A stretch of 64,000 bases of DNA from Ascidiella aspersa. Taxonomy: Eukaryota. Of this stretch, positions 10,801 through 22,560 are shown piece by piece. Under the pieces are notes generated by a model. It saw nothing but the letters and a program-made list of their open reading frames with translations. It searched no databases and was not told the origin of the DNA. Position 1 is the first letter of the stretch, and each line of letters starts with the position of its first letter. The position numbers and the translations under genes were made by a program. The stretch is from assembly GCA_963924565.1 (NCBI GenBank), contig OZ004613.1, forward strand, positions 6,386,001-6,450,000, in the 5' to 3' direction.

Positions 10801-13800
10801 TCAAAATGCCATTTATGCACTTAAAACTATTTCTACTAAACTTTCCAATTACATTTTAAAACTCAAACTGTGGTTTATTGAACTTGACATTCTCTTGCTT
10901 CTATGGTGTTTCATTTGAAAATTTTCTTTTTTATTTGCACGTTAACTAATCCCTCATTTAACACGAAACTCGCGTTAAACGTTTCCAGTTAGTATCATCA
11001 ACGAAATATTAAAATCTGGACAATATACCAAAAAACTTATCTACTTGCTAAAAAAATATAAAAGTGGGATGAAACGTTTAACGCTTTAGGGGAGACTGTG
11101 ACTACGGAGAGGTCGGGGGTGGCGGTCCTGCGTTGTATAACATCCCAAACTAATGTTTATTATTAAAATGAAAAACGGCAAGTAACATCGTTACATTAAT
11201 GACCATTATGACATAACCATGTCAATTGTTGTAGGTTAACTTACAGGTGTTTCTCTGCGTGTGATTGCTTCAGTAAGAACTTCGAAACCGGACAGGTCGT
11301 TCGTTTTGTTTAACCACAGGCGGTTTATCTTATGAACGCAGGTGGACAAAACTTTGAAGTCACGTGATCCAGTTGTCCTCACACGTATAAACTCTATCTA
11401 CAAAATAACACCAAGATATGTTGGTGGGTGCGCTGTCCCAGATAGATGAGGTTATCAAACTTATGCGCCGATCAGTTTGCCTCGCCCACCATTGTTGGTT
11501 ACCTTTAGTCTTCTTCTTCTTTTCGTGTGTCAAAAGAAATGCGGGTCAATATGACGTTTTATTTCAAACTGTAATTAATTTAATCGTTTCTAAACGTAAA
11601 ATGCCATATTATTTATGCGCTTAAAACAGTTTTACTAAAACTCCTAGTTACTAAGTTGTAGAGTACGCAAACTTTGCTTTTTTATTTGTACAGTAATTAT
11701 TCCCTCATTAAACACGATACTCGCGTTAAACGGTTAAGTTAGTATCATTAAATATTAGAATATGTATAATTTAGGCGAGCAATGGCGGTCTGTTTATTTT
11801 TGAAGTGGGGTAACAACGTCCTTTATACATCTTTACATCACTCCATGAAAGATTCGTGTGTACGGTCTAGCGACTTGTGTACAATCAATGCTGGGTGAAC
11901 AAACAGAAAGAAAACAGTCTATTTACGTAACAAAATGGTGCCACCATGTGGCGCTATGGTTAAAAGTATCTTTTTAGAGAAAAATGTTGTGTGGCTTTAA
12001 AAAGGCTGCTTTGTTGCCTTTAATTTTTTAATAGTGTATACAAATTTAAACGACAGGCAATCGTAAAACTTCACTAACCTTTTGTTTGGTTTTTGCCATT
12101 GTCTCCATCAACATTTCTAAACCGTTGCCGGTAAATTTGACTGGGCTGTAAAGTTCCCCGATGTCGATGACCAACTCCCTTTGTGTTGCTCGAAGCACTT
12201 GACAGAGACTGGACACTTCACTGGAAAGGATCGTTGCACCCTTTATACGAAGCTCTCCAGCGAGGAAATCGGCCACTTTTGTGGTGATTTCTTCATCGTT
12301 TGATTCCTGCGCCAAACTGCAAAGCTTAAATAAATTGGAGTTGAAGCTCTCCTCATCGTCTAATAAAAGTTGAGGTCCAAGCAAATCAATCAGACCTTTC
12401 AGCAAACGTTTTTTGCTGTCAACATCGGTGGAAGAGATTTTAAAAATTGGCTTTAGCTTACGATGGAGTTCCGTGTTTAGCAACCCGAAAAGAAACCGAA
12501 GAACCATTTCCCAAGTATTACTTTCCATGCTTTGCAGCAGACCAGAAAATGTGGACAGGTCAGTATCGAACAACAGCTTGAGTGATGCAAAAAACTCTTG
12601 CCAAAGAAGATGTAGGAAGAAGAATATTTTTTCCCCTTCCAGTATACGAAGGTTGAGGTCGCTGGAAAAAACTTGCATGTTGAGAAAGTCCTCCATTCCT
12701 TCAGCATCAAGTCCGACTTCATCAAAGTCGTCTTCGTCGAATGTGATCTTGTCATTGAGCATTCCGTGTAATGCCAGGTCAGAAAGTTTGCGCAAAATTC
12801 TGGGGTGTTCCTTAAACTTAGGCGAGTGAATGCAATCGGACACAAAAGCCGCAAACACATCTGTGAGCGTAAAAGTGCCATCTAAAGTGCCATGTTTTAG
12901 GATGTAAGGTGCGACGGTTTTGGCAAATATAGGAAGAAAGCACAAGGCCTTTGCATGTGGGTTTTGACTAAGTGACTTGGTGACCTTCTCGTAATCTTCT
13001 TTCTCTGGGCAAATTTGTCGGAAATACAAATCTTGAGAGCTTTCGTTGAAGCCGATTACCTTGACTACAAAGTGGGGCTTGCAATTAGGATGTAGCTTAA
13101 GAAAAGCTCCCGGTCGTGAAGTAAGCAGCTTGTGAGCATTAGCAAGAATATCGCCACGGAGTATGTTTTGCAGAATGACAACCGGCGTTGCGCGATCGTA
13201 CAATCCGATCACTGGAGCATCCATGTCAAGATCTTTGAACCTAGGTTCGTCCAAACCATCCAGGAAGATAAACAGCTTGTTGGATTTGGAAAGTCTTTCC
13301 AGTATTTGATCATCTATTTCCTTTGTGTGTTTCCAGTTTGGGTCGGATGACAGCAATTCCAAAACGCCTATTTTTTTATTAAGATCCAAGGTCTTCAAGT
13401 ATTTAAAAAGCCAATATCCCTTATCATCTGCAGGTAATTCATCTACAAGCTCCGTTAGTGTCTGTATAATAGCTGTAGTTTTTCCAATTCCAGCTATTCC
13501 AGTCATACCGACCACGTTGCCATGCCTCTTGACGTAATCGTCAGTTGCTGCTTTATTTCTAAATTTCTTACTTTTGGCTTCATCGATTGCTTCTTGTTTT
13601 GCAGCAGTAAATAGTTGGTTAAGTTTAAGCATGTTTGAGTTGACCTGGTTGCCTCTGAGTCGTTTCAACCCTTTTAAACCAAACTCCTCCAATGGTGCTT
13701 GCGAATCCCGAACGACGTCAAGAGGAACTGGGTTGCTTGGCAGAGTTCCGATGACCTTGTCAGCTGCTTCCTGAGACTTTTCTTGCCATGACGCTACTGA

Positions 13801-16800
13801 AAAGGTATGAACTATTCTTTAAAGATGAACGCTACCAAGGCAGGAATAAAACGAATGAAAGTTATAGATGTTATCCGCAATCTTAATGCGCCCAATTTGT
13901 TGACAATTTTGTTTTATCATGTAAGCTAACTAGCACATATGAATGTATAACTTATTTGGTAGAATATATAGCGTAAAATTTTGCCCTGCACGCTTAGCTT
14001 ATCCCAGCCACCAAAACGTTAGTAAATGATTAACGCTTATCGTCGGTTTCACTTAAAAATGACTCTTGTAAGCGTAGGCTGGCTTTGCTTATTTATATTA
14101 ATAAACGCTTTTTTTATTTCCAAAACTAGTGTGTGTTATTTTGTCAAAAAGTGATTTTGCTTTAAACAAAGTTACACCGTTTTATTTATTGTATAATCGC
14201 TAATCACTTTTGATATATCGACTTTAAAACTCTTTAACAAACAAAAGGCTTATACTGGGATCAGCAATATCGGAAATCGTTCTAGCAAACGACATTACCA
14301 TCATTATGGGACTAATTGAACGCCATCGTATTACAATTTAAATGAAACGAGGGCATACCTCTCACCCGTGACCTACTTTTTTGTCGGTAATTATAGGTAA
14401 ATGCAAAAACCCTTAAATGACACTAATCAGTTAAAAAACACTTGATTCTATACTATGTGTCTTTCCAGAAAGAGCTTAAAATGCGGTTAATTTTATATTG
14501 TTTAATATGGGCATGTTAGGCTATATATGTATATAACTTTTGTGTTTTTTTGCGGTACCGCACCCCTGTGGACGTTGGCGAGTTACAAGGGGGCGTTTTG
14601 GGTATTTTTATTATTTGGGGGGGGGGGGGGGGGGGCGTTGTACGTCACAACACAAAATAGACTTCATAACTCTGTTATTTCGGTCCGAAAAATGTGAAAG
14701 TAAGTTAAACGGAGTCTAACTATACATTCAAATCCGTTTAAGTTTTAATTAAAGTGTTTTCTTTTCAAAATTAATTACTTTAAGTATACACTAGTTCTTT
14801 AATTAGGCTTTCATGGACTCCCTAAAACTAGTTCACGGACCCCAAGGGGTCCATGGACCCCAGTTTAAGAACCCCTGACATAAAATAAGAAACAAACAGC
14901 ACTGTAGGTAACATTTAACCTTAAATGGCAACATTCGTACTGCGAACTTGTAGCAGTTTTCCGCAAAGTGGTAACTTCTGGCGTAACAATTCAATCAGGG
15001 ACGTAACCAGAAAATCAAAAAGGGGTTCTGACTTTTCAACTTAGGGAATTCCCCTATTTTTCGTCTGACTTTAATGAATAATGACGTCACAAAACGGTGA
15101 CAGTATGACGTCATAGAACTAGTCAGAAACAGCCAAATACGTCCAGCAAAAGCGACCACGTGCCCCCCTTGCCCCCCCCGTGCGGGCGCCCATGACCATA
15201 TGCTATTCCGCCTTTACGATTTACAGTTGGTAACCATGTCAGTTTTGTAATATGGTTCTGCGCATGCGCACGTCCAACTCGGGACTCGGCTAATCATACG
15301 TGGTCTTACTCGAGTCCCGACTCCGACTCAGCAGCCCTGCTGTGGCGCAACCTACACTTGGTCATTAGTTTAAATCGAAGTTATCACCAACCGTTGTCAG
15401 ATGAGGTCGCTGTTGAGTCGGCAGCCACTCCAGGTCCCGGTTGCTGGCCATATATATGAACGTCGCCATGGAGGTTTTGTATGGGACCTTGATGACCGTA
15501 AACGTCACCAATGTTTACAGGTAGGATATTGATTGGCTGGTTGTTTGCTGGTGGAAGCTGAGGTGCATTTTCACCCTGTATAAATACGTTGATGTTCAAT
15601 TTTAATTTAATTGCGAAATAACATTTTAACACAAATAGCTTTGGGTCCTTTTTAGTATTTATTTTACTTTAAACAACAAATATATTCGATTTATTTTACT
15701 TTTTAAACTGCGTTTTACCTAAAACAGCTTTAAATAAAAGACCAAATAAATGATGTGATTAAACAGAGATATAATGAGTAAAAAACAGAGATATAATGTG
15801 TTGCCTAGTGCAGTGATTTTTGACCTTTAAAAGAACTGTCCGCACTTCATTTTCGGAAAAGTTTTATCCGCACGAAACAAGCACAGTAAGTTTGCACCCT
15901 TTAGTTTCCCCTATTTGTAAAATAACAATGAAAGGATGTGTGTATTAAACCGTGAGCCTTAACCGTTATAAATATAGATAGCGTATGCTTCAATGGCTTT
16001 ACCTTAATTAACAACCACAAGAATAACAACGAAAATTTATACACAAAGGGAATTAGCAGTCATTAATGTACGTGATTAAAGACTCGTTTGCTGCTGAATA
16101 TTTTTGGAAATTTCAGCCCAATTAGGAACAACTTCTTGTTCCAAAGCTCCCCGCATTAGGTCATCAAGTGGCGCGTTGAGAAGGCAACTCCTTTTTCTGG
16201 TTTTAATGTCAACAAGTGCACTAAATCCCTTTTCTGACAAGTAAGTAGTTGGGGTTTGCAGAAGCACTTTTAGTGCTAGCGTCGCCAGCCGTCGTTGTAA
16301 TGTCCATCAAGAGCACCGATTCAAAATTGTGTTTTTCACGATTAAAAAACGCTCGTTGACAGAAATCGTTTTTAAGATAGGGCTACCATATTTCAGCACC
16401 AAAAAAGAAGACCCTTTTTGCCAGCAAGTAAAACAAAAGTAAAATTGTTACGTTTGAGTTTGATGATGTTTTACAGTTCCTTAGTATAGTTGCAGACAAA
16501 AGTTACAAAAACAAAGCAAAGTAAAAGTTACAAAAACAAAGCAAAGTAAAAGTTACAAAAACAAAGCAAAGTAAAAGTTACAAAAACAGACACAAAAATA
16601 ACAAATCCTTTTATTTTTAATTATAGCTTATTTTGCTTTATGGTTGTCTAAATTTAAAGGATGATAAGGAAAATGAAAGCATCTGCTGAGGACTACCTGT
16701 ATGCTATAGACCAGGCGTCGGCAACCTACGGCCCGCCGCCTCTTTCACAAACTAGTCATTTCAAATACTATATTTTTTTATATAATATTTTAACTAAGTA

Positions 16801-17247
16801 AGTGCGAAAAGTTTCAAGCTTCGCGCAAATTATCTTTTTACATCCGGTTTGTTTACTTAGGATGCTGTCTTTTGAACTAGATCAGCGCTTCTTTACAGTT
16901 GCGCCGTGGAAGGCTGCCAAGTGCGTCGCGGACAAACGGAAAACGCATTCATAAATATTGGATATATGTTTTTTAACATTTTTAAATTTTTTTCGGCAAT
17001 TTAAAAAAACAGCAAGGAATTTAAAAGAAATGCAGGTATACCAAAAAGAAATAGCGCTCGCTTGGTTAACAAACACTGAAATAGATTAACTATTAAAGGT
17101 TAATAAGATAAGTTTCACTTTGTCAAATATCAGTGCTAAACGGATTTAGGAGGAGGATGACATGGAATTAAAAACCCAAAGCAGCAAAGATTTTGATTAA
17201 TTTATACGAGAAGAACTTACTTGGTTTTGGTTTGGAGTATCGGCCAT
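4844..17247 (-). CDS. NLR-A: spliced NACHT-LRR protein (~915 aa) with an N-terminal low-complexity/amyloid-like motif and a C-terminal polybasic-CaaX
   Basis: Exons (minus strand, all AG..GT, phases consistent): 17221-17247 (MADTPNQNQ), 15392-15575, 12079-13796 (NACHT), LRR exons 11245-11397, 9932-10087, 8175-8336, 6352-6513, 5332-5469, and terminal 4844-4891 (RSGRRRRRRQRCLLL*). Confidence 0.85.
8804..8965 (-). pseudogene. Dead LRR exon (pseudoexon) within NLR-A
   Basis: A 162-nt LRR exon homolog, IKLLQLYNNMLDSRGLSCLATSVHDINHL*LTYCEIAGSDLKPLTDAISQMNRP. It has an in-frame TAA (8876-8878) and the donor is changed from GTAAGT to GCAAAT. Confidence 0.85.
10693..10752 (-). pseudogene. Truncated duplicate of the 3' part of the first LRR exon (60 nt, frame-preserving)
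   Basis: aag|TSDLPDFEVLTEAIARREIP|GTAAGT, homologous to the end of exon 11245-11397. The acceptor is weak. Confidence 0.6.
12079..13796 (-). CDS. NACHT NTPase exon of NLR-A (NBD-HD1-WHD-HD2)
   Basis: Walker A GIAGIGKTT, Walker B LFIFLDGLDE, sensor-1 LLTSRP, LCFLP, winged-helix FFFLHLLWQEFFAS and HD2 WEMVLRFLFGL. Acceptor ttttcag at 13797, donor AAG|GTTAGT at 12078. Confidence 0.95.
15197..15338 (-). repeat. Inverted-repeat arm 1 (CAGGGCTG..GAGTCGG family transposon end) with TGCGCATGCGCA
   Basis: Reverse complement of 19003-19146. Related ends occur at ~34625 and ~4955. Confidence 0.75.
15392..15575 (-). CDS. NLR-A exon 2, N-terminal putative amyloid/RHIM-like signalling region
   Basis: tatacag|GENAPQLPPANNQPINILPVNIGDVYGHQGPIQNLHGDVHIYGQQPGPGVAADSTATSSDN-G|GTTGGT. 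The phase-1 end matches the phase of the NACHT exon, and homologous exons exist in B and A'. Confidence 0.85.
16076..16380 (-). pseudogene. hAT (Charlie/Buster-type) transposase C-terminal dimerisation-domain remnant in intron 1 of NLR-A
   Basis: LALKVLLQTPTTYLSEKGFSALVDIKTRKRSCL...LDDLMRGALE...PNW...QQQTSL matches the TTYLCExGFS..IKTKxRNRL...QxSH pattern of Charlie/Buster transposases. A degenerate CAGTG terminus lies at ~15810, and a frameshifted copy at ~55905-56200. Confidence 0.8.
16498..16588 (+). repeat. 25-bp A-rich tandem repeat (aaagttacaaaaacaaagcaaagta x~3.5)
   Basis: Read directly. It is absent from the A' copy (junction near 56270). Confidence 0.85.
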
Positions 17248-18295
17248 GTTATTCCTTGTGCTTGATTGGTTGATACAGTTTTTTCTACTAAATATAACTT
17301 GCCTGTAAAATGGAACCAGATACCAAGTTAAATGACCGTTTGGACATATACTGTGATATCTGTGATCTAGCCCTGTTGAAGTAGCACTGTCCAACGATTG
17401 GCATACACACAATATTATACCAGGTACAGAGGTACGCAGGCACAGTGGAAGCAAGTCGTTGGACGATCATTATAGCAGCGTTACCTGCTGGGTCTTGTTC
17501 GTACATACAATTTTTATGTTTGGAAAATAGTGATCGTCAACCTTTAGCACACGGACCACTGTTACGCCAACAGCTTTCAGGCTACAATCGAAGTTTTATA
17601 CAAATGAACGAAAGTGCATTGCGGCAAGATGACCCACTATCTTAAATCTGCGGCAAGCGTTGAAAGTAATTGTTTTTAATTTGGCTTTATCAAATATAAG
17701 TAAACTTGATTGAAAATGGTTTCTTTTGAAACCAGGTAGCTCGAAGTGACATTAAAAACACCACAGACTGGAGAGCGGCAGGAAAAGGTTGAGATCCATC
17801 GATTTAAGGTTTTGATATTATAAACTAACCTGACATTCCAGTTCAATGTTCATATACCTACACAACCTTACACATTTTCATCAGTACAGCAGGAAGGCGC
17901 TTGCACCAAACTACAGGCAACAACCAAACGCCAAGCTCTTTGTTGAAGGCAGACTTCGAAGTATTTCTTTTTTCTAAAGGAAATGACGTTAAGGCTCCAT
18001 TCATTTAGTTTGGCCCCTAACGCTTTTACTCATTTCCTGGCTGGCAATGACGCGAGCTAAAAAAAAAATTCTTAGTTTCAAGATTCGGTTGCATAGAAAT
18101 GCGTATTCTTATTGTTGTATAGTTGTTTAGTTGCTTCACTGGCACAATGATAATAATTCCATTAGACTTTTTTTATTACTTGTATTTGGTATGTCCGATA
18201 CTTGAAATTACATTCCGATACCCGATAGATTGGACAAAAAGCATCCGATCCGACAGCGAATGACGTCATTACTATAATCAAACAAGCATATAGAT

Positions 18296-18640
18296 CAGTG
18301 GTTCTCAACCTTTTTTCTTTCGTGGCCCATTTACGTTGCAAAAAAATTCTGCGGCCCAATAGTTTTATGAAAGAAAAACCACAAAAAAAAGGTTTACAAC
18401 AAAACACAGCAGAACGTATTTCAAACCAGATTATTTACTCAACCGTGTATTAGTGAGATACTTGCGGCTGAACAATAAATTTACATTCCTTTTTGATTCC
18501 TCCCCAAGTCATTATTTCCTGTAATTAAATGTAATGACACAAATGAAACCAAATCTAGCGTTTTTAAATTGGTCTGTGGCCCACCTCAAATGTTCTTATG
18601 GCCCACCAGTAAGCCATGGCCCACTGGTTGAGAACTGCTG
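18296..18640 (+). mobile_element. hAT-type MITE (345 bp)
   Basis: TIRs CAGTGGTTCTCAACC / GGTTGAGAACTGCTG with a perfect 8-bp TSD, ATATAGAT. The duplicate copy is at 57992-58334. Confidence 0.92.
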
Positions 18641-19002
18641 ATATAGATAAAATAAGTGAAATTTCTGGGTTATTAGGCAAAATTTGCTTTAGCGGGTAAA
18701 AAGTTTAGTTACGTCCAGTTAATAATCTTTAATTTTTTTAAATAAATTTACGTCAAGGCAGAATGGCTGCGTTAAATCACAAGTCTTGGCTGAAATTCTC
18801 GTATTAATGTGGTTTAGGATCGGCACCGATGCAACCCTAGTATCGGACGAGTATCAACGATACCACCACTTGGTATCGGGTATCGGCTTTGATCCGATAT
18901 TATCGGACATCCCTATACTTGCAACATGACGAAATATTTACCTAAAATTCGCGCTGAACTTGACATTAGTAATTCTGGAAATAAAGTCATAATACTTTGA
19001 AA

Positions 19003-19146
19003 CAAGGCTGCGGAGTCGGACTCAGGACTCGAGTAAGACCACGTGAAATTACCCGAGTCCAGAGTCCGACGTGCGCATGCGCAGGACCAAGATTTAGAAC
19101 TGATATGGCCGCCAACTGGAAATTGTAAGGGTGGAATAGCATATAG
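19003..19146 (+). repeat. Inverted-repeat arm 2
   Basis: See 15197-15338. The duplicate pair lies at ~54888-55031 and ~58699-58842. Confidence 0.75.
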
Positions 19147-22100
19147 TGGTATATTTTCCAACCATGCATTGTGAGTGAATGAGTTATTTCGGCTGCGTTT
19201 TGTGCCTTATATGAAGCCGCAAGACCTGGTAAAAAAGGAACCGGCTGATTAGGAAGCGGCTATTTAAGCTGGCCGATTTATGTTGAGCACAACGAATTGA
19301 AGACGCCGAAGCAAACGCAATCATATTGGTGCAGAATGAGCCGTAAAAAATTAACCAAGAAAAGTAAAATCAATGTAAACTACCGCAGTGGTCGAGCCAA
19401 CAAAATCAAAAGGCGACCCATCGTTGAAAAACACTGATTTAAACTTGTAGAGAAACGACGCATGTCTGTTTGTGCTTGTAATTATAGCGTGTTCGCCTGG
19501 TAAAGTGTTAAATAATTCACCTCGATACTCTTTTCCTTTCCTGGCCGTTCTGGCAAATCCATCCGGCATTTCGATTTAGCTAATCCCCAACGCAGTGTCT
19601 CTTGTGCTGTATATAGTGTCACGCTTCTGCTGGATAAAAAACTCCAGTCATAAAATGCATGCCTTACTTCCGAGACGCGTTTTACTGCGCTGTAAGCTAT
19701 TTTATTAAGAGCGAGCTATGTTGAAATATTTGAATGTATAATAAATTTATAAGCGACCTGACAGTAAGCATTTGAAATGCAATGACAGTTTGTTTAGTTT
19801 CGATATAGTGGAGTTCAGATAGTACGGTGGTCATGTCTCACCTGTTGAAATATACAAACTAAAAAAATGCGTTTATTTGCTTGAACTTGGCAAGTTTATC
19901 ACCCTTGTTTGATGCAAGCTTTGTTGACTATTTTGCGTCAGAGCGCACCTGTACACCTTGTGCATGGCAGCATGAAACGCCTGCAGCTGACCCTGCCTGC
20001 CTTGTAGTCAAGTTTAATTTACTTAGCGGAGTTTAGCTCGTAATAAAATTATTCATTGAATGATTTACTGAAATGCTTCTAGCATTTTTGTTGTTGTTGT
20101 ATCGTTATGTTTTCCATAGTCCCTGGGCTGATTTCGCAATCAAAATAACAGCAATGATCATAGCTTTTTGCCTTTCGACTTTATTTGACATTAGAAAATT
20201 CATTTTCATGTTTATCACAAAAAACGTGCGTATGCTGACTCATTCTCCTAATAATATTTTGTCTGTGCTGACACACGTATGCCTAGACCTAAAGTGTCAG
20301 TTCTCATATCAAGTCGAAAGTTTACTTGACTGCTAAAGCAAACTACCACACTTCTATAGGCTACAATGTACTTTTTGTAAAAAACAATCAAAATTCTTTG
20401 TTATTATGTAATTTAATGCACTGTTGTTATAATCTGGGTCAAAGAACCTGGTAAATAGACATAAATGAAGTCTTTCACCTCTCCGTTAATGTAAAATAAT
20501 TGATAAAGAACGTTTTAGAAACTAAAATAAGACAAACTAAGCACACAACTCTCAAATAAGCACGTTTCTTAGAAATAAGCACATTTATGTTTTCTAAGAC
20601 ACTGCACCCAAAAATAAGCACAAATCTTAGAAATAAGCACGGTGTGGTAACCCTGGATATAATATTGATTTCGTTTTACTTTTATCATAACTATTATGGT
20701 AAACGGCAATCAAAAATAAAAAACAAAAACATTTTGCCAGATTTATCCAAATTACAGCCAACTGTAATTTTCAATTTGGCTTGCCAGATGTTGAAATGAT
20801 TTTGTTTTTGAAGTTTGTCCCCACAAAATCTCACCTTATTGTAGTCTGGATTGTTGTTTCGCAATCGCGGCTTGCAACGCAATCGGACACTTTATATGGC
20901 TGCTTCCAAATTGGCCGGCTCCATTATTTCGGCCGTGATGTGTACCTTATATGAAGCGGCAAGACTTGATGAAAAAGGAGCCGACTGCTTTGGATGCGGC
21001 TATTTAAACTGGCCGATTTATGTTTAGCACAACGAATTAAAGGCACCAAGGCAAACGCAATCAGTTTGGTGCAGAATGAGCCGTAAGCAATCACACGAGA
21101 AAAGCATTTGATCATCAGTTGAGCTAGTTGTGTTGCGTTATGGTTGACCTTCGTGTTAAAGTTTGCTGCTGATTAATGCTGCAAGTCTACTTTAATAAGG
21201 TATATAATTTAAGTCTTTGTTAATTATATTTATTTTAAGTGAATGCATTCTTATTTCTTGAATGCCTAGAAAACACACCACGGTCTAAAATACCGCCTCA
21301 TACAGGGGACTGAACCACCCGCCCAAAGAAACAAAATATGTGGCCAGCGAGAATAGTTTAAACCCACCACACAAATACTCCGACGAGTATGATTTACCAC
21401 TTTTGAAACGTCTATTTGTCGAGGGTTTTAACTACCAATGTTGTCGTTCTATGGTTCTAATGTTGTTCTTATATATAGCAAAATAATGTTGTAGTAATAT
21501 AGGTTTTTATGCACAAGTGTTGTCGTTCTATGGCTCTAATGTTGTACTAATAAGTTTTATCTACAAATGTTGTCGTTGTATGGCCTGGCAACTCCTGGGC
21601 AGTTGTTTAACGTACATAGAGCAGGTGTGTTTTATGCTAATGCAAATTGAGGATTTCTGTTTGAGTTTTCGCAGTTATTTGTGGCAAGAATGACATTGTA
21701 GATATAGTGTGCTTTTCAAGTTTTTTTTGTTATTTTACATTTAACCTGCATAATTAGTTCACAATGTTACCAGTAGCAAGGGTAAAGAGGCGTGAGTTTA
21801 AAGTGGACTCTAGTTAAAAGGGTGGATGACAAAGACGGGCAACATAAAATTATGTAGCTTCACTTCGGCCTAACACCCTTCGCGATTTCAAAACGAGAAC
21901 CTTATTTAAAGCTACGAGCATACTCAGGTTAGTCTTATCAATAAATCGACCACGATTTATTTAAAAATATTTAACACATTTAATGTTTGTGAATCGTAAT
22001 AATAATGAAAAGAACGACAATAAAACAAATAATATTTAGCCAAAACGAAAATGAAAAAGTGTGACAACACAACATTTTGTTTTACGTTAATAGACAGTCG

Positions 22101-22560
22101 AAAACAACTAGTAAAAATTCGTGATTTTTACGCAAATACAGTAGAACGTTTGGCCAAAAGTTGGCGACATGTTAAACAATTATCAAGAGCACAGTGTTTA
22201 AAGCAGGACTAATATAAATAACCTCTAGGATTGCTAAAGAGGTGAGCACATCGCGTAATAAAAATGTTATAACAACCAAAACATTAAACGAATATAACGT
22301 TGATTAAATGTGTGGAGTATTGTAGCTGTATTTGGTTTCATCGTTTAAGTTAACTAGTTTTGTTACAATATAAAAGTATTTGTTGCAAACCGGTTTATTC
22401 AGTTATTGTCTAAAGAGACTTATGACATCATTTGGATCATTTTTGAAAACAAAACCGGTTCTATAGAAAAGACAATGTTGTTAATAGCTCTCTTGTATAA
22501 AACAAAATATTGCAAAAAATTATTGGATGAGCAGGTCAATTGCAGTTAATTTGAATTGAG

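Noticed and set aside
12413-13774. Plus-strand and shifted-frame ORFs overlapping the NACHT exons (also at 30.4-31.8 kb and 52.4-53.7 kb)
   Set aside because: They are shadow ORFs of a long coding exon, with no motifs, and their lengths are not conserved between paralogs.
14617-14636. Poly-G tract of ~20 nt
   Set aside because: It is an expansion inside a MITE remnant (a short G run at the related site ~26234), is absent from copy 2, and its length is prone to sequencing error.
17288-17645. ORFs upstream of NLR-A exon 1 as a hidden death/CARD domain exon
   Set aside because: There is no recognisable six-helix pattern, the ORF ends differ between A and A', and B has no counterpart. The likely start is MADTPNQNQ/MAETGNQNQ in good ATG context.
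19351-19569. 72-aa ORF conserved at 59037-59255
   Set aside because: Its conservation is explained by the recent duplication. It partly overlaps the dispersed repeat and has no recognisable domain.
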